From a virus, in the IMG/VR virus record IMGVR_UViG_3300010350_000237, positions 1,052 to 65,051 of that record: DNA of 64,000 bases; one strand, 5' to 3'. Numbering within the stretch: the stretch's first letter is position 1; every line of letters starts with the position of its first letter. The notes beneath the pieces were generated by a model. It had not been told where the DNA came from. It worked only from the letters and a program-made list of their open reading frames with translations, and did no database searches. This document shows positions 18,604 through 27,988 of the stretch, piece after piece. Made by a program: the position numbers and the translations under genes.

Positions 18604-19089
18604 ATGGGGAAACGCGGACAAATAAAGCAAGCCCCAGACGGTCGTCTTTACACCGACGAATCGACTTTACAAATTTCCTGCGTAAAAGGGTTTCGGATAA
18701 GGTACCCGGAATTCGAAGACCTTCTTTTCGCGATACCAAACGGCGCCCGTATCGGCGGTAAGATCGGGAAGAAGGGTTTCCCGATTCTGGCTTCGATACT
18801 GAAAGCCGAAGGAATGACCGAAGGCGTTCCCGATCTGTTACTGGCTTTCCCGACTGGAGGGTTCGCCGGACTTTTTATCGAAATGAAAACGATCGTCGGT
18901 TCCCTGGAACCTGAACAGCGTCTTAAATGTAAAAGACTGTCGGAAGTCGGTTACGCTGTCGCGAAATGCGAAACCGCCGACCAGTTCGATCGGACTGTCG
19001 ACGCGTACCTGTCCGAAATGTTTATCCAATCCGAATTCTGGAAATATAAAAGGAAGGTAAAAAATCCCCTTCCAGGTTTGGAGGGGTAA
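18604..19089 (+). CDS. VRR-NUC domain nuclease
   Basis: LFAIPNG...EG..GVPDL...FIEMK..G.L..EQ. Confidence 0.9.
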   Translation: MGKRGQIKQAPDGRLYTDESTLQISCVKGFRIRYPEFEDLLFAIPNGARIGGKIGKKGFPILASILKAEGMTEGVPDLLLAFPTGGFAGLFIEMKTIVGSLEPEQRLKCKRLSEVGYAVAKCETADQFDRTVDAYLSEMFIQSEFWKYKRKVKNPLPGLEG

Positions 19090-19107
19090 AAATAACGCCT
19101 AACTTTG
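19077..19107 (+). promoter_or_regulatory. Bacteroidota-type promoter
   Basis: TTTG(19077)-N19-TAACTTTG(19100). Confidence 0.75.
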
Positions 19108-19131
19108 CAGAACACAATTTAAAACGAATAA

Positions 19132-19548
19132 ATGGAAGTTTTAAAATTTCACTTCGATGGCTCTTGCGAACCGTATAACCCAGGGGGCCGAATGGGCTTC
19201 GGCGTTCACATTTCAGGACATACCGCCGGGGTAATTCATACGATCAGCGAAACGACCGACTTCGATAACGGGAATTCGAATAACGTTGCGGAGTATCGCG
19301 CCCTTTGTCTGGGTCTGGAATGGCTGATCGAAAACGGGTACCAGGGAAACCCCGTCCAGGTCTTCGGCGATTCGATGCTGGTAATAAACCAGATGAACGG
19401 AACCTGGAAAGCCCGCGGCGGTCGGTATTACTCCGACTATCTTCGGGCGGTCGAACTTCGCGAACAGTTCGACCAGGTAACCTTTACCTGGGTACGTCGC
19501 GAACAGAACCAGATCGCCGACGACCTTTCCAAAAAAGTAACAGTTTAA
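19132..19548 (+). CDS. rnhA: Ribonuclease HI
   Basis: FDGS..NPG, SNNVAEY, GDSMLVINQM, WVRREQNQIADDLS; four acidic catalytic residues present. Confidence 0.92.
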   Translation: MEVLKFHFDGSCEPYNPGGRMGFGVHISGHTAGVIHTISETTDFDNGNSNNVAEYRALCLGLEWLIENGYQGNPVQVFGDSMLVINQMNGTWKARGGRYYSDYLRAVELREQFDQVTFTWVRREQNQIADDLSKKVTV

Positions 19549-19578
19549 CCGTCGATTTATCGACCTAATATTTAACAA

Positions 19579-20274
19579 ATGAAGAATAAAAAAACGAAGT
19601 TCGAAAAACGTTTTATGTCCGAAAAAGTCGTCGACGGCGACGATAAAGTCCCGCTTTACAATTCGGACTTAAAGATCAGCGAAAAGGAATTCGACGCGCT
19701 GGGCGATCAAACGGCTTTACTCCGAATCGTCCGTTTTAATGTCGATAATAATTCCGAATACATTGTCGAACAAATGGGGCCGGAAATAGTCGCGGAAATG
19801 AAAGAAGAAATCGGCGACGACCTGGGTACTGGAAAATTTGTTCACGTCGATTACCACGGCGACAAGTCCTTTATTATCGAAGTTTACAAAGCTGTAAAAA
19901 ATTCGCCCGACCTCCAGGAACTGTTCGAAGGGGTTTATAAAATGATGCAGCTGGAAAAATCGTCGCTGGGCGGACTGTTTAACAAAATCCTGAACGACGA
20001 AATCGACCTGGATTCCGACGAAGGACTGGAAGAAATCGCGATGGATATCGCGTCGGCATTTATGCGCGAAAAATTCGGCGATCGCTGGAAGGGCGGGAAT
20101 AGACCGTTTCCGAAAGGCGGTAAAGTCGTCTTCGGCGACGGCGATATTTTGGAACAACTTTTCGGAGAAAAGGACGGGGAACCGATACCCGAATCCGATA
20201 ACTGTCAATGCCCAATTTGTCGCGCCCGTCGCGCCGCTGGGATTCCAAAACGTTCGGACGATGGCGAAAAATAG
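19579..20274 (+). CDS. Hypothetical acidic protein with C-terminal CxCxxC
   Basis: NCQCPIC. Confidence 0.7.
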   Translation: MKNKKTKFEKRFMSEKVVDGDDKVPLYNSDLKISEKEFDALGDQTALLRIVRFNVDNNSEYIVEQMGPEIVAEMKEEIGDDLGTGKFVHVDYHGDKSFIIEVYKAVKNSPDLQELFEGVYKMMQLEKSSLGGLFNKILNDEIDLDSDEGLEEIAMDIASAFMREKFGDRWKGGNRPFPKGGKVVFGDGDILEQLFGEKDGEPIPESDNCQCPICRARRAAGIPKRSDDGEK

Positions 20275-20389
20275 CGAACACCCAAAGGATGCCGGAGGAA
20301 TAGTAACGCTTTTCGCGTCCGTCCCTTACTTATTGCTGGGCTCCGGTTTCCTGTTTATTGTTTACAAACTTTTAAAACTGATCTTTTGA
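20261..20389 (+). CDS. 42-aa single-TM protein (absent from the ORF track)
   Basis: MAKNSEHPKDAGGIVTLFASVPYLLLGSGFLFIVYKLLKLIF fills the gap. Confidence 0.55.
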   Translation: MAKNSEHPKDAGGIVTLFASVPYLLLGSGFLFIVYKLLKLIF

Positions 20390-20390
20390 A

Positions 20391-20846
20391 ATGGATAAAA
20401 TCTTAATTCCGAACCAAGACAGCGCGATCGACCGTATCGCGTTTATGCAATCCCAGGCGGACGAAACCCTTCCGGGGTATCGTTACGAACGCGCCCTTAA
20501 CGAAGAAGAACTGGAGGCCGAACGGGCGGAGTTTATCGACGTATCGATCGAACTGTCGAACGTTGAATTCGAAAAAGCCGAAGCGATGGCCGAATTTAAC
20601 CGTCGTATCAAAGAACTTAAAAACAAAGCGTCGACGTCGATCGACCTTATCCGTACCGGACGAATGGAAGTCGTCGAAGACGTTTACCAGATCGCCGACA
20701 TTACCGAACGTAAAGTCGTCCTTTACAACCAATGGGGCGACCCGATTCTGTCCCGTCCGTTTACTGGTACGGAACGTAAAGCGTACCAGACGTCGGCGTT
20801 CAATTCTCCCGAAGTTTCACTTTCTAAAACAGGTACAAATGAGTAA
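20391..20846 (+). CDS. Conserved Bacteroidota phage coiled-coil protein
   Basis: DRIAFMQSQAD..Y.R.L.EEEL pattern; paired with the next gene. Confidence 0.7.
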   Translation: MDKILIPNQDSAIDRIAFMQSQADETLPGYRYERALNEEELEAERAEFIDVSIELSNVEFEKAEAMAEFNRRIKELKNKASTSIDLIRTGRMEVVEDVYQIADITERKVVLYNQWGDPILSRPFTGTERKAYQTSAFNSPEVSLSKTGTNE

Positions 20847-21570
20847 AGAGCAATTAAAAGTAAAAATCGACGCTGGCGTCCAGGAACTTGTAATTCGCCA
20901 CGGCGACGCCGAACCGATACACGAACCGAACCAGATCGTCGTCGACGGTCGGATTAAAGCCCCGATCGAATACTTCCAGTCCCGTCGGAAGATAAAAGAA
21001 GATTACTTCGATCTTTCGAAGGTTATCGTCCTGGTAAAGCCGAACCAGTATAAAGTCGTTCTTATGGCTGACCCGACCAGTAAGTTCGGCGACGTTATCG
21101 AAGGACAGCTGTTCGGTAACCCGACCCTGGTCGAATTTCACCTGTCCGACAAAACCCAGGGCGAATTCTTTACGCCGAAGGAACTGGCGAAGGTCTTCCG
21201 TCGGAATCTTCGCTTCTTCGATAACCAGGACGAAGCCCGTCGAATGATTCACGAATTAAATAACCTGAAAGTCCAGACGTCGGGCAATATCGACAAACGC
21301 GAAGACAATCGGGGGAACAAAACGAACAGTTTCGAACAGTCTGTCGAATCGAATGTCCCGGTATCTTTTACCCTGTTAATGCCAGTCTTTGAAGGGGAAA
21401 AGCCGGTTCGGTTTCAGGTCGATATCTTCCTGGAGGTAACCGGGTCTTCGGTACATTGCCAACTTGATTCTGTTCAACTTTTGGAAGTTATCGATACCGA
21501 AAGCGAACGAATTCTGGGCGAATCGGTAAAAGACTTTTACGATTCAGACGTAACGGTCGTCTGTAAATAG
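20839..21570 (+). CDS. Conserved Bacteroidota phage protein (DUF2303/YfdQ-like)
   Basis: ATG at 20839 preferred to the track's 20563; FTPKELAKVFRRNLRFF, FTLLMPVFEG. Confidence 0.6.
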   Translation: MSKEQLKVKIDAGVQELVIRHGDAEPIHEPNQIVVDGRIKAPIEYFQSRRKIKEDYFDLSKVIVLVKPNQYKVVLMADPTSKFGDVIEGQLFGNPTLVEFHLSDKTQGEFFTPKELAKVFRRNLRFFDNQDEARRMIHELNNLKVQTSGNIDKREDNRGNKTNSFEQSVESNVPVSFTLLMPVFEGEKPVRFQVDIFLEVTGSSVHCQLDSVQLLEVIDTESERILGESVKDFYDSDVTVVCK

Positions 21571-21666
21571 CGACCTGGAAGATTAAACCGAAGGCGGGGA
21601 CGGGGCGTAACGGGCGAAATGTCGCAACGGCGCCCCGTTATTATTTAACCAGTAAACGATAAAGAA

Positions 21667-21975
21667 ATGAATAACTTAACACTTAACGCCGACGTCTGGC
21701 TGGTCGTTTCCAAAGGTAGGAAATGGCGTAAACTGGACGTTCGTCTGGCGATAAAAGAACCTTCTTTAAAACCTGGAGAAATACCGATTAAAGCGAAGAT
21801 CGAAATTCCCGAAGCGGTATTCCTCCAGCCCCAGTTTAAAGTTACCCTGGCGGTTCCTGAAATAGACCCAGTCGAACCCGAAGTCGATATTCAAACTAAC
21901 CTTGCTCACCTTGCAAAAAAGAACCTGGGCGTAACCCTTTTCTTCGAACCTTTAAAAGTCGAAAACGATGGCTGA
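21667..21975 (+). CDS. Hypothetical protein
   Basis: Co-oriented ORF. Confidence 0.7.
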   Translation: MNNLTLNADVWLVVSKGRKWRKLDVRLAIKEPSLKPGEIPIKAKIEIPEAVFLQPQFKVTLAVPEIDPVEPEVDIQTNLAHLAKKNLGVTLFFEPLKVENDG

Positions 21976-22768
21976 AAATTCAAAAATCGAATGGACTGGC
22001 GCGACCTGGAATCCGTTTATCGGGTGCGAAAAGGTTTCCCAGGGCTGTAAATTTTGTTACGCGGAAACGCTGGTCGAAAATAGATTTAAACGAAAGTTCC
22101 GCGACGTCAAACAAACGAAACCGCCGACCTTTTACTTCCCGGTAAGGTATTCGAGAACCTTTACGGGTAACGAACCCTTTTACGAACGGCTGGTCTTTAC
22201 CTGTTCGCTGTCCGACTTCTTTATCGAACAGGGCGACGAATTCCGTCCCGAACTTTGGGATATTATTCGCGATACTCCGAACCTTATTTACCAGGTACTT
22301 ACCAAACGACCCGAAAGAATCGCGGCTTCGTTACCTCCAGACTGGGGCGCTGGTTATCCTAACGTTTGGCTGGGCGTAACGACCGAAGACCAGAAATCCT
22401 TCGACGAACGGGTTCCGATACTGTCCAGGATTCCAGCCCGGGTTCGGTTCCTGTCGGTCGAACCGATGCTGGGGCCGATCGAAGTAAATGGTTTTTTGCC
22501 CGTTATTGATATGGCGGTTATCGACTGGGTTATCCTGGGCGGGGAATCTGGACAAAAAGGAAAGTTTCGGCCGGCGTCGATCGACTGGTTCGATTCGGTA
22601 ATTCGCACCTGTCGCGATCTGGACGTTCCGGTTTTCTTTAAACAACTTGGCACACATTTGGCGAAAGAATACGGAATGTCCGATTCTAAGGGCGGAAAGT
22701 TCGACGAACTTCCTGCAGGACTTCGCGTCCGGCAATGGCCCAAAGTTTACGAAACCGCGCAATTATGA
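21968..22768 (+). CDS. DUF5131 / Gp37Gp68 family radical-SAM-like protein
   Basis: MAENSKIEWT..TWNP..GCEKVSQGCKFCYA; LTKRPER; SVEPMLG; WVILGGESG. Confidence 0.92.
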   Translation: MAENSKIEWTGATWNPFIGCEKVSQGCKFCYAETLVENRFKRKFRDVKQTKPPTFYFPVRYSRTFTGNEPFYERLVFTCSLSDFFIEQGDEFRPELWDIIRDTPNLIYQVLTKRPERIAASLPPDWGAGYPNVWLGVTTEDQKSFDERVPILSRIPARVRFLSVEPMLGPIEVNGFLPVIDMAVIDWVILGGESGQKGKFRPASIDWFDSVIRTCRDLDVPVFFKQLGTHLAKEYGMSDSKGGKFDELPAGLRVRQWPKVYETAQL

Positions 22769-22992
22769 AAAATTTGTTCGTCTTCCTGGTTCGTCTGGTC
22801 AATGTACCCGGCGCGATCGCTGCTTTACTGATATACGAATTCGGAATGTATCGAAGCCAGCGATCAGGCAAGGAACATACCCTTTACCGAATCCAACTTC
22901 GTAACGTATTACTGGGCGCGTTGCCCTGGTTATCGTTTACGCTTTGGATATTCTTATTCCTGGTATTGATCTTAAAACAGATATCCTTTTAA
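22765..22992 (+). CDS. Small membrane protein
   Basis: ATGA overlap; two hydrophobic segments. Confidence 0.6.
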   Translation: MKNLFVFLVRLVNVPGAIAALLIYEFGMYRSQRSGKEHTLYRIQLRNVLLGALPWLSFTLWIFLFLVLILKQISF

Positions 22993-22993
22993 A

Positions 22994-23404
22994 ATGGCTT
23001 TACGGGTTCAACGTTCGCGAATTTCAAAACCTGGTATTCCTCCAGGGGCTGTTTACGTCGGTCGTCCGTCCCAATGGGGCAACCCTGCGAAGATCGGCGA
23101 ATTTTACCTGGTACCTGGAGGAACGCCCGTCCTGGTCGAAAACAACTTCCTGGCGGTCGATCTGTTTTACGAATACTGTAAAAGATACGCCAGAACAGAC
23201 CCGAAAGGATTCTTCGACTGGGTTTTCCCGTTAATAGATAAAAACCTTTGTTGCTGGTGCGGTACGGGCGATCTTTGTCACGCCGACGTTTTACTGTATC
23301 TTTCGAAAGTCGTAAAAGAAGTCGTCGGTCGGGAAGACTACCTTTCCAGGATATCGGAGGGCGTGAAAAATTGGCCGACCCTGTCGGACTTTATAAAAAT
23401 TTGA
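22994..23404 (+). CDS. DUF4326 family protein
   Basis: VYVGRPSQWGNP...KNLCCWC....CHADVL. Confidence 0.88.
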   Translation: MALRVQRSRISKPGIPPGAVYVGRPSQWGNPAKIGEFYLVPGGTPVLVENNFLAVDLFYEYCKRYARTDPKGFFDWVFPLIDKNLCCWCGTGDLCHADVLLYLSKVVKEVVGREDYLSRISEGVKNWPTLSDFIKI

Positions 23405-23406
23405 AT

Positions 23407-23643
23407 ATGACGAATAATACCTTCCTGATTAAGAAAATAAACTTCGACCTGGAACCAGACTTTACGGGCGTTTCGGTTTATATTCAATTCGAAAAAGAAG
23501 AAGCGTTTCTTCCGTTTCGCTCCGGCTGGGTTTATAAAAAGTTTCCGTCGACGATGGGCGTTCAAGACATACTTAATTCGATGGCGGATTTAAACTTCGT
23601 TATGTGGGAACGGAAGGTCGAACTTCCTTTTTCGGTGAACTGA
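23407..23643 (+). CDS. Hypothetical protein
   Basis: ATG at 23407. Confidence 0.6.
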   Translation: MTNNTFLIKKINFDLEPDFTGVSVYIQFEKEEAFLPFRSGWVYKKFPSTMGVQDILNSMADLNFVMWERKVELPFSVN

Positions 23644-23718
23644 AAACCTGGACAGTTATTTCGTCGGCGTTCAATTTGTGGAACGGTATTCGGGGTTAAA
23701 TAAGGATAACTTTAACTT

Positions 23719-24252
23719 ATGGATAACCCGACAATTATTTCCGCGATTGTTAGCGGCGTAATATCCTTCGTCCTGGGCGGGGGGCTGATCGCTTACCTTC
23801 AATTTCGACGCGACGGTCGTAAAGACGACAGGTCTTTCGCCGAAGGTGAACGCGAACGGTTACTGTCCCAGGTCGGCGTTTTGAATAACGCGGTAAGTTC
23901 ATTATCGGCCCGACTGATACCGACGAACTTCCCGTTATGGATAAAGGATTCGAACCGGCGATATATCGACGTAAACCCAGCCTGGGAACTCCAGATCGGC
24001 GGTCGGCTGGGAATGTTCAAACTGGAGGTTTACGGGAAGACCGACGAAGAAGTCTTTCACAATGCCCCAGAACTGGCGGCGATATTTTCCGAAATGGATA
24101 AAGAAGCCCTGGATTCGGGCGGAATATCAGTAAGAACCGGCGTATCTTTCCCAAAAGACCCGACGAAGAAGATCGTCGTAAAGGAAGTCGTAATTCACGA
24201 CATTTTCGGACAAGTCATTTATAAAGGAATGGCTTTCCCGTCTGGCGAATAG
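23719..24252 (+). CDS. N-terminal TM helix + short coiled coil + PAS domain
   Basis: PLWIKDSNRRYIDVNPAWE...EVYGKTDEEVF..PELAAIFSEMDKEAL (PAS_4 pattern). Confidence 0.8.
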   Translation: MDNPTIISAIVSGVISFVLGGGLIAYLQFRRDGRKDDRSFAEGERERLLSQVGVLNNAVSSLSARLIPTNFPLWIKDSNRRYIDVNPAWELQIGGRLGMFKLEVYGKTDEEVFHNAPELAAIFSEMDKEALDSGGISVRTGVSFPKDPTKKIVVKEVVIHDIFGQVIYKGMAFPSGE

Positions 24253-24292
24253 TTTGTTCGATATACTTCATTTGTTTTATTTGTTTTAGGTG

Positions 24293-24325
24293 GCGTCCCT
24301 GGGCTGGTTCCAGGGGCGCTTCTTT
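24293..24325 (+). terminator. Intrinsic terminator
   Basis: GCGTCCCTGG / CCAGGGGCGC stem followed by TTCTTT. Confidence 0.75.
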
Positions 24326-24349
24326 ATTAAAAGTTTGGCGAAATATTGG

Positions 24350-24418
24350 TTAAAAGTTGGGCGTTATAAAAATCGTCCTTAAATTTGTAACGTCAAACGA
24401 TAACAGTTAAACAAACGT
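24350..24418 (+). promoter_or_regulatory. Early promoter + conserved leader, copy 5
   Basis: GTTG-N20-TAAATTTG(24380), then TAACGTCAAACGATAACAGTTAAACAAACG. Confidence 0.9.
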
Positions 24419-24425
24419 TCAGAAA

Positions 24426-25709
24426 ATGAGTAACGAAGTTCATAAAATGCCGCTTTTAAACCAGGGTTACGTCCCGTCGCCGGTCGTTAACGCGCTTACT
24501 CTTTCCGACGACGACCTGGTCGGGAAAACCGTTCGTTATAAAAATCCAAAATGGCCAGCCGAACAGGGAACCTTTACCGTCGGCGGTCGCCAGAAAGTTT
24601 GGGGTAACGACGAAAGCGGAAAATATACGATAATCGAAGGTTACCGTCTTTTTTCGCTGGAGCATAACTACGACTTCGGTCGTCCAGTAAATCCTTCGGA
24701 AATCGAAGTCGTCGAACCAGTCCTGGAAAAAGTCGATCTTACCCAGTACGATAAGTTTCTGGTTATGTTTTCCGGCGGTAAAGATTCGACGGCGGTCTTT
24801 CTTTACTTGCTTGAACAGGGCGTACCAGTCGAAAAAATCGAATTATGGCATCACGACGTCGACGGTCGCGGTTCGCTTTTTATGGACTGGGAATCGACGC
24901 CGGGTTACTGTCGCGCTTTCGCCGAAGCGTTCGGGGTTCCGATCTTCTTTTCCTGGAAGGACGGCGGATTCGAACGGGAAATGTCCAGGGAAGAATCGCT
25001 TACCGCGCCGATCTTTTTCGAAGAACCCGTCGAAGGAACTCCAGGTCTTACGGTCGTTCGTCAGACTGGAGGAACCAGGGGGAAACCCAGTACCCGCCGG
25101 AAGTTTCCGCAGGTATCGCCAGACCTGTCGGTTCGCTGGTGTTCGGCTTATTTGAAGATCGACGTCGGTACGTCCGCGATCAGGAACCAGGAACGGTTTA
25201 ACGGTAAAAAGACCCTGGTCTTATCTGGAGAACGCGGCGAAGAAAGTAAAGCCCGGGCAAATTACGCGATATTCGAACCCGATCGGGCAGATCGTCGCGA
25301 CGGTCGAAGTAAAAGATACGTCGACCGGTTCCGTCCGATCAGGGACTGGAGCGAAAAGGAAGTCTGGTCGATAATTGAAAAGTACCGGGTTCGGGTTCAT
25401 CCGGCGTATTACCTGGGATTCGGTCGGGTTTCGTGTAAGTTCTGCATTTTCGGAAGTCGCGACCAGCTGTCCAGCGCGTTCGCGATCAGTCCAGACCAGG
25501 GGCTTCGAATCGCTGGTTACGAAGACCAGTTCGGCGTTACGATGAAACGTAAAGAACGTCTGGTCGACTTTATCGCGTCCGGGACACCTTATCCGATGGA
25601 TTCCGCGATCGTCAGTCTGGCGACGTCTGACGAATACACAGAATCGATTTTTACCGATAACTGGGTTCTTCCGTCTGGAGCGTTCGGCGAAAGTTGTGGG
25701 CCGGTATAA
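24426..25709 (+). CDS. PAPS-reductase-family (PP-loop) protein with ~100 aa N-terminal extension
   Basis: FSGGKDS, RWCSAYLKI, GERGEES..RA, PIRDWSEKEVW, HPAY..G.GRVSCKFC. Confidence 0.9.
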   Translation: MSNEVHKMPLLNQGYVPSPVVNALTLSDDDLVGKTVRYKNPKWPAEQGTFTVGGRQKVWGNDESGKYTIIEGYRLFSLEHNYDFGRPVNPSEIEVVEPVLEKVDLTQYDKFLVMFSGGKDSTAVFLYLLEQGVPVEKIELWHHDVDGRGSLFMDWESTPGYCRAFAEAFGVPIFFSWKDGGFEREMSREESLTAPIFFEEPVEGTPGLTVVRQTGGTRGKPSTRRKFPQVSPDLSVRWCSAYLKIDVGTSAIRNQERFNGKKTLVLSGERGEESKARANYAIFEPDRADRRDGRSKRYVDRFRPIRDWSEKEVWSIIEKYRVRVHPAYYLGFGRVSCKFCIFGSRDQLSSAFAISPDQGLRIAGYEDQFGVTMKRKERLVDFIASGTPYPMDSAIVSLATSDEYTESIFTDNWVLPSGAFGESCGPV

Positions 25710-25738
25710 AAAAAACGCCAAAAAAATAACGTTAAAAG

Positions 25739-25816
25739 TTTGTCGATTCGAAAAAGACCGTTACGTTTGTAACGTCAAATTTAAACAGTTAACAGTTTCA
25801 CCAAAACGAATTCATT
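25739..25816 (+). promoter_or_regulatory. Early promoter + variant leader, copy 6
   Basis: TTTG(25739)-N19-TACGTTTG(25762), then TAACGTCAAA..ACAGTTAA..AAACGAATTC. Confidence 0.8.
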
Positions 25817-26587
25817 ATGTCTTATCTGGTTTCAGACCTTGCCCCGATCAAAGCCCACCGTTCCGAAAAATACGTCGTTATCGATACGTCGAAAGTCGTC
25901 GAACACCTTCTTACGATGGGATTCAAAGTCCGCGAAATTATGCGGTCGAAAAATGGTAAAGGTGTTCACCGTGTACGGCTTCGCTCCGACGTTCCGTTCG
26001 TCAATTCAAAGGGCGAAATCCTGTTTTTCGAAATTACGATTCTTAATTCTTACGATAAGTCTTGTTTCTTCCGGGTTAAAACTGGCATCTTCCGACAGGT
26101 TTGTTCGAACGGTTTATGTATTCAGGTCGAAGGACTGGGCGAAGAATACGTTATTCGCCACATGGGAACCGAAGCGGAAATCGCCGAAGGTATCGAGATT
26201 CGCGCCGCTGAACTTGCCCCGACCGTTTTCGAAGTTCAGGAAACTTTGGCGACGACCCTTCTTACCGACCGGCAGATTATCGACCTGGCTGTCCGCGCTG
26301 CCGAAATCCGGTTTAATAAGAAGTTCACCCGTAAACAGGTTAAAAAACTTTTGGACGTCGCACGTCCCGAAGACGACGGTCGCGACGCTTGGGCGATCTT
26401 TAACGTCCTGGAAGAAAAGGTTATTAAAGGCGGGGTTAAACTGGAGGGACAGAAAAGAACCAGTCGTCCGATTACACGCGGAAAGGTAGCCCAGGTTTAC
26501 GGCGAACAACTTTTCGACGCTGTCCTGGAAATGTCAACCGTCGGCAAACTTTCGCCGTACAAACTTCCCGCCGAACTTGTCAACTGA
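25817..26587 (+). CDS. DUF932 (DUF945) family protein
   Basis: RSEKY..I.T; ILNSYDKS..F....GIFRQVCSNGL; R.ED...AWAIFN.LEE. Confidence 0.85.
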   Translation: MSYLVSDLAPIKAHRSEKYVVIDTSKVVEHLLTMGFKVREIMRSKNGKGVHRVRLRSDVPFVNSKGEILFFEITILNSYDKSCFFRVKTGIFRQVCSNGLCIQVEGLGEEYVIRHMGTEAEIAEGIEIRAAELAPTVFEVQETLATTLLTDRQIIDLAVRAAEIRFNKKFTRKQVKKLLDVARPEDDGRDAWAIFNVLEEKVIKGGVKLEGQKRTSRPITRGKVAQVYGEQLFDAVLEMSTVGKLSPYKLPAELVN

Positions 26588-26614
26588 TCGAAACCGTAAC
26601 CGATAACTTTAACC

Positions 26615-26645
26615 GGCGACCTGGGTTCTTCCTGGGTCGCCTTTT
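26615..26645 (+). terminator. Intrinsic terminator
   Basis: GGCGACCTGGG / CCTGGGTCGCC stem followed by TTTT. Confidence 0.65.
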
Positions 26646-26657
26646 ACCGTTTTAATT

Positions 26658-27263
26658 ATGTCGACCGAAAAAATTCACGAAATACTTAACGGACTGGGAT
26701 TCCAGCCGATGAACCAGGGCGACGAACCTGGTCACGAACCCCGATTCTTCAAAACTTACGACGCGATCGGGGTCGTCGTTATTTTCGACCTACCGTCTGG
26801 CGAACTGGTCGCGTTCGACCTGGGCGACGAAGATCAGGTTTACGCGTTCCGTTCCGGCGATCTGGTAATTAAGGACTTTAACGACAGTCTTCCGACGTTG
26901 TACCTTACGAAGACGGTAAAACTCCAGGGGTCGAATCTTTGTCGTTTAATAAACGTTTACCGAATCGTTACTTTAAAACAACTGGAAGACGCGATCGAAG
27001 TTTTCGAAAAGTCGATCGAAGTTCGACTTCTTAACGAACTTTTACCTTACGCGATAGGGGAACGGGTCATTTATAACGACGGCGAATTCTCCCTTTACGG
27101 ACAGATCGAAGATATCGAAGTTACCGAATCGTCGACGAAGTACATTATTAAACTTTGGAACGGACGACGGGTCGCGACGGTAAGCGAAGACAATCTTTCG
27201 AAGTCCCTCCAGTCCCGACGTCGTTTCGACTATTTTAACGGATTACAAACCGTCCAGATATGA
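26658..27263 (+). CDS. Hypothetical protein (C-terminal SH3-like)
   Basis: YAIGERVIYND. Confidence 0.7.
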   Translation: MSTEKIHEILNGLGFQPMNQGDEPGHEPRFFKTYDAIGVVVIFDLPSGELVAFDLGDEDQVYAFRSGDLVIKDFNDSLPTLYLTKTVKLQGSNLCRLINVYRIVTLKQLEDAIEVFEKSIEVRLLNELLPYAIGERVIYNDGEFSLYGQIEDIEVTESSTKYIIKLWNGRRVATVSEDNLSKSLQSRRRFDYFNGLQTVQI

Positions 27264-27988
27264 AAAAAGAAAAAATCGACCCGAAGGACGTCGTCCGACA
27301 GATCGTTCGGGAATCGCTGGCAGCCCAGGAAGCCGCGCTTAAAAAAGTCCTGGAAGAAGAAGGTCTGGAAATGACGAAGGACGTATTAAGTCGCGTCGTC
27401 AGGGCTTCGTTTCTATCGGAGAAAGCGAACCAGAACGGCGTTCAGGGAATGTTTATTTTAGACCAGGGACAACCGACCGAAAAGGTTCTGTTTTATTTCA
27501 GGGAACCGACCAGGAAAGACCCGAAGGTTAAAATCTGGTTCCCTGGAGAAATCGACGTCCAGATCGGAAAGAACGCGGCGACAGCTGTTCGAATGATCGG
27601 TTCGGCCCAGCGACAGAACAAACGATTCGCCCGGGTATTCTTTGTCGGTGAACATAACCGACCAGGACTTTCGCCCCTGGACTTTACGACCTGGACGGGA
27701 AATGTTATCGACCAGATCGTCGTCGGCGCGAATTTCCAGACGATTCGCACGAACCTGGCAGATACTGACGTAAAACCAGTCGACCCGGCGCCATGGGCGG
27801 AGGAATGGCACGAACGGAACCAGCCCAGCGAAGAAGACGCCGTCGTTCTTTTGGGTAAATGGGTTCAGCGACATTTCGACCGGCGTCCTGGGCCGACATA
27901 CTTCGACGTTAAACATCCGTCGGCGTTCAGCGTTAGAAAAAACGCTGGCGCGTATGTCCAGGAAGTCGTAAATTTGTTAAATGGTTGA
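27260..27988 (+). CDS. Hypothetical protein
   Basis: ATGA overlap. Confidence 0.7.
   Translation: MKKEKIDPKDVVRQIVRESLAAQEAALKKVLEEEGLEMTKDVLSRVVRASFLSEKANQNGVQGMFILDQGQPTEKVLFYFREPTRKDPKVKIWFPGEIDVQIGKNAATAVRMIGSAQRQNKRFARVFFVGEHNRPGLSPLDFTTWTGNVIDQIVVGANFQTIRTNLADTDVKPVDPAPWAEEWHERNQPSEEDAVVLLGKWVQRHFDRRPGPTYFDVKHPSAFSVRKNAGAYVQEVVNLLNG

Noticed and set aside
24426-25709. Auxiliary metabolic gene cysH
   Set aside because: No sulfur-pathway context; family includes DNA-modification enzymes
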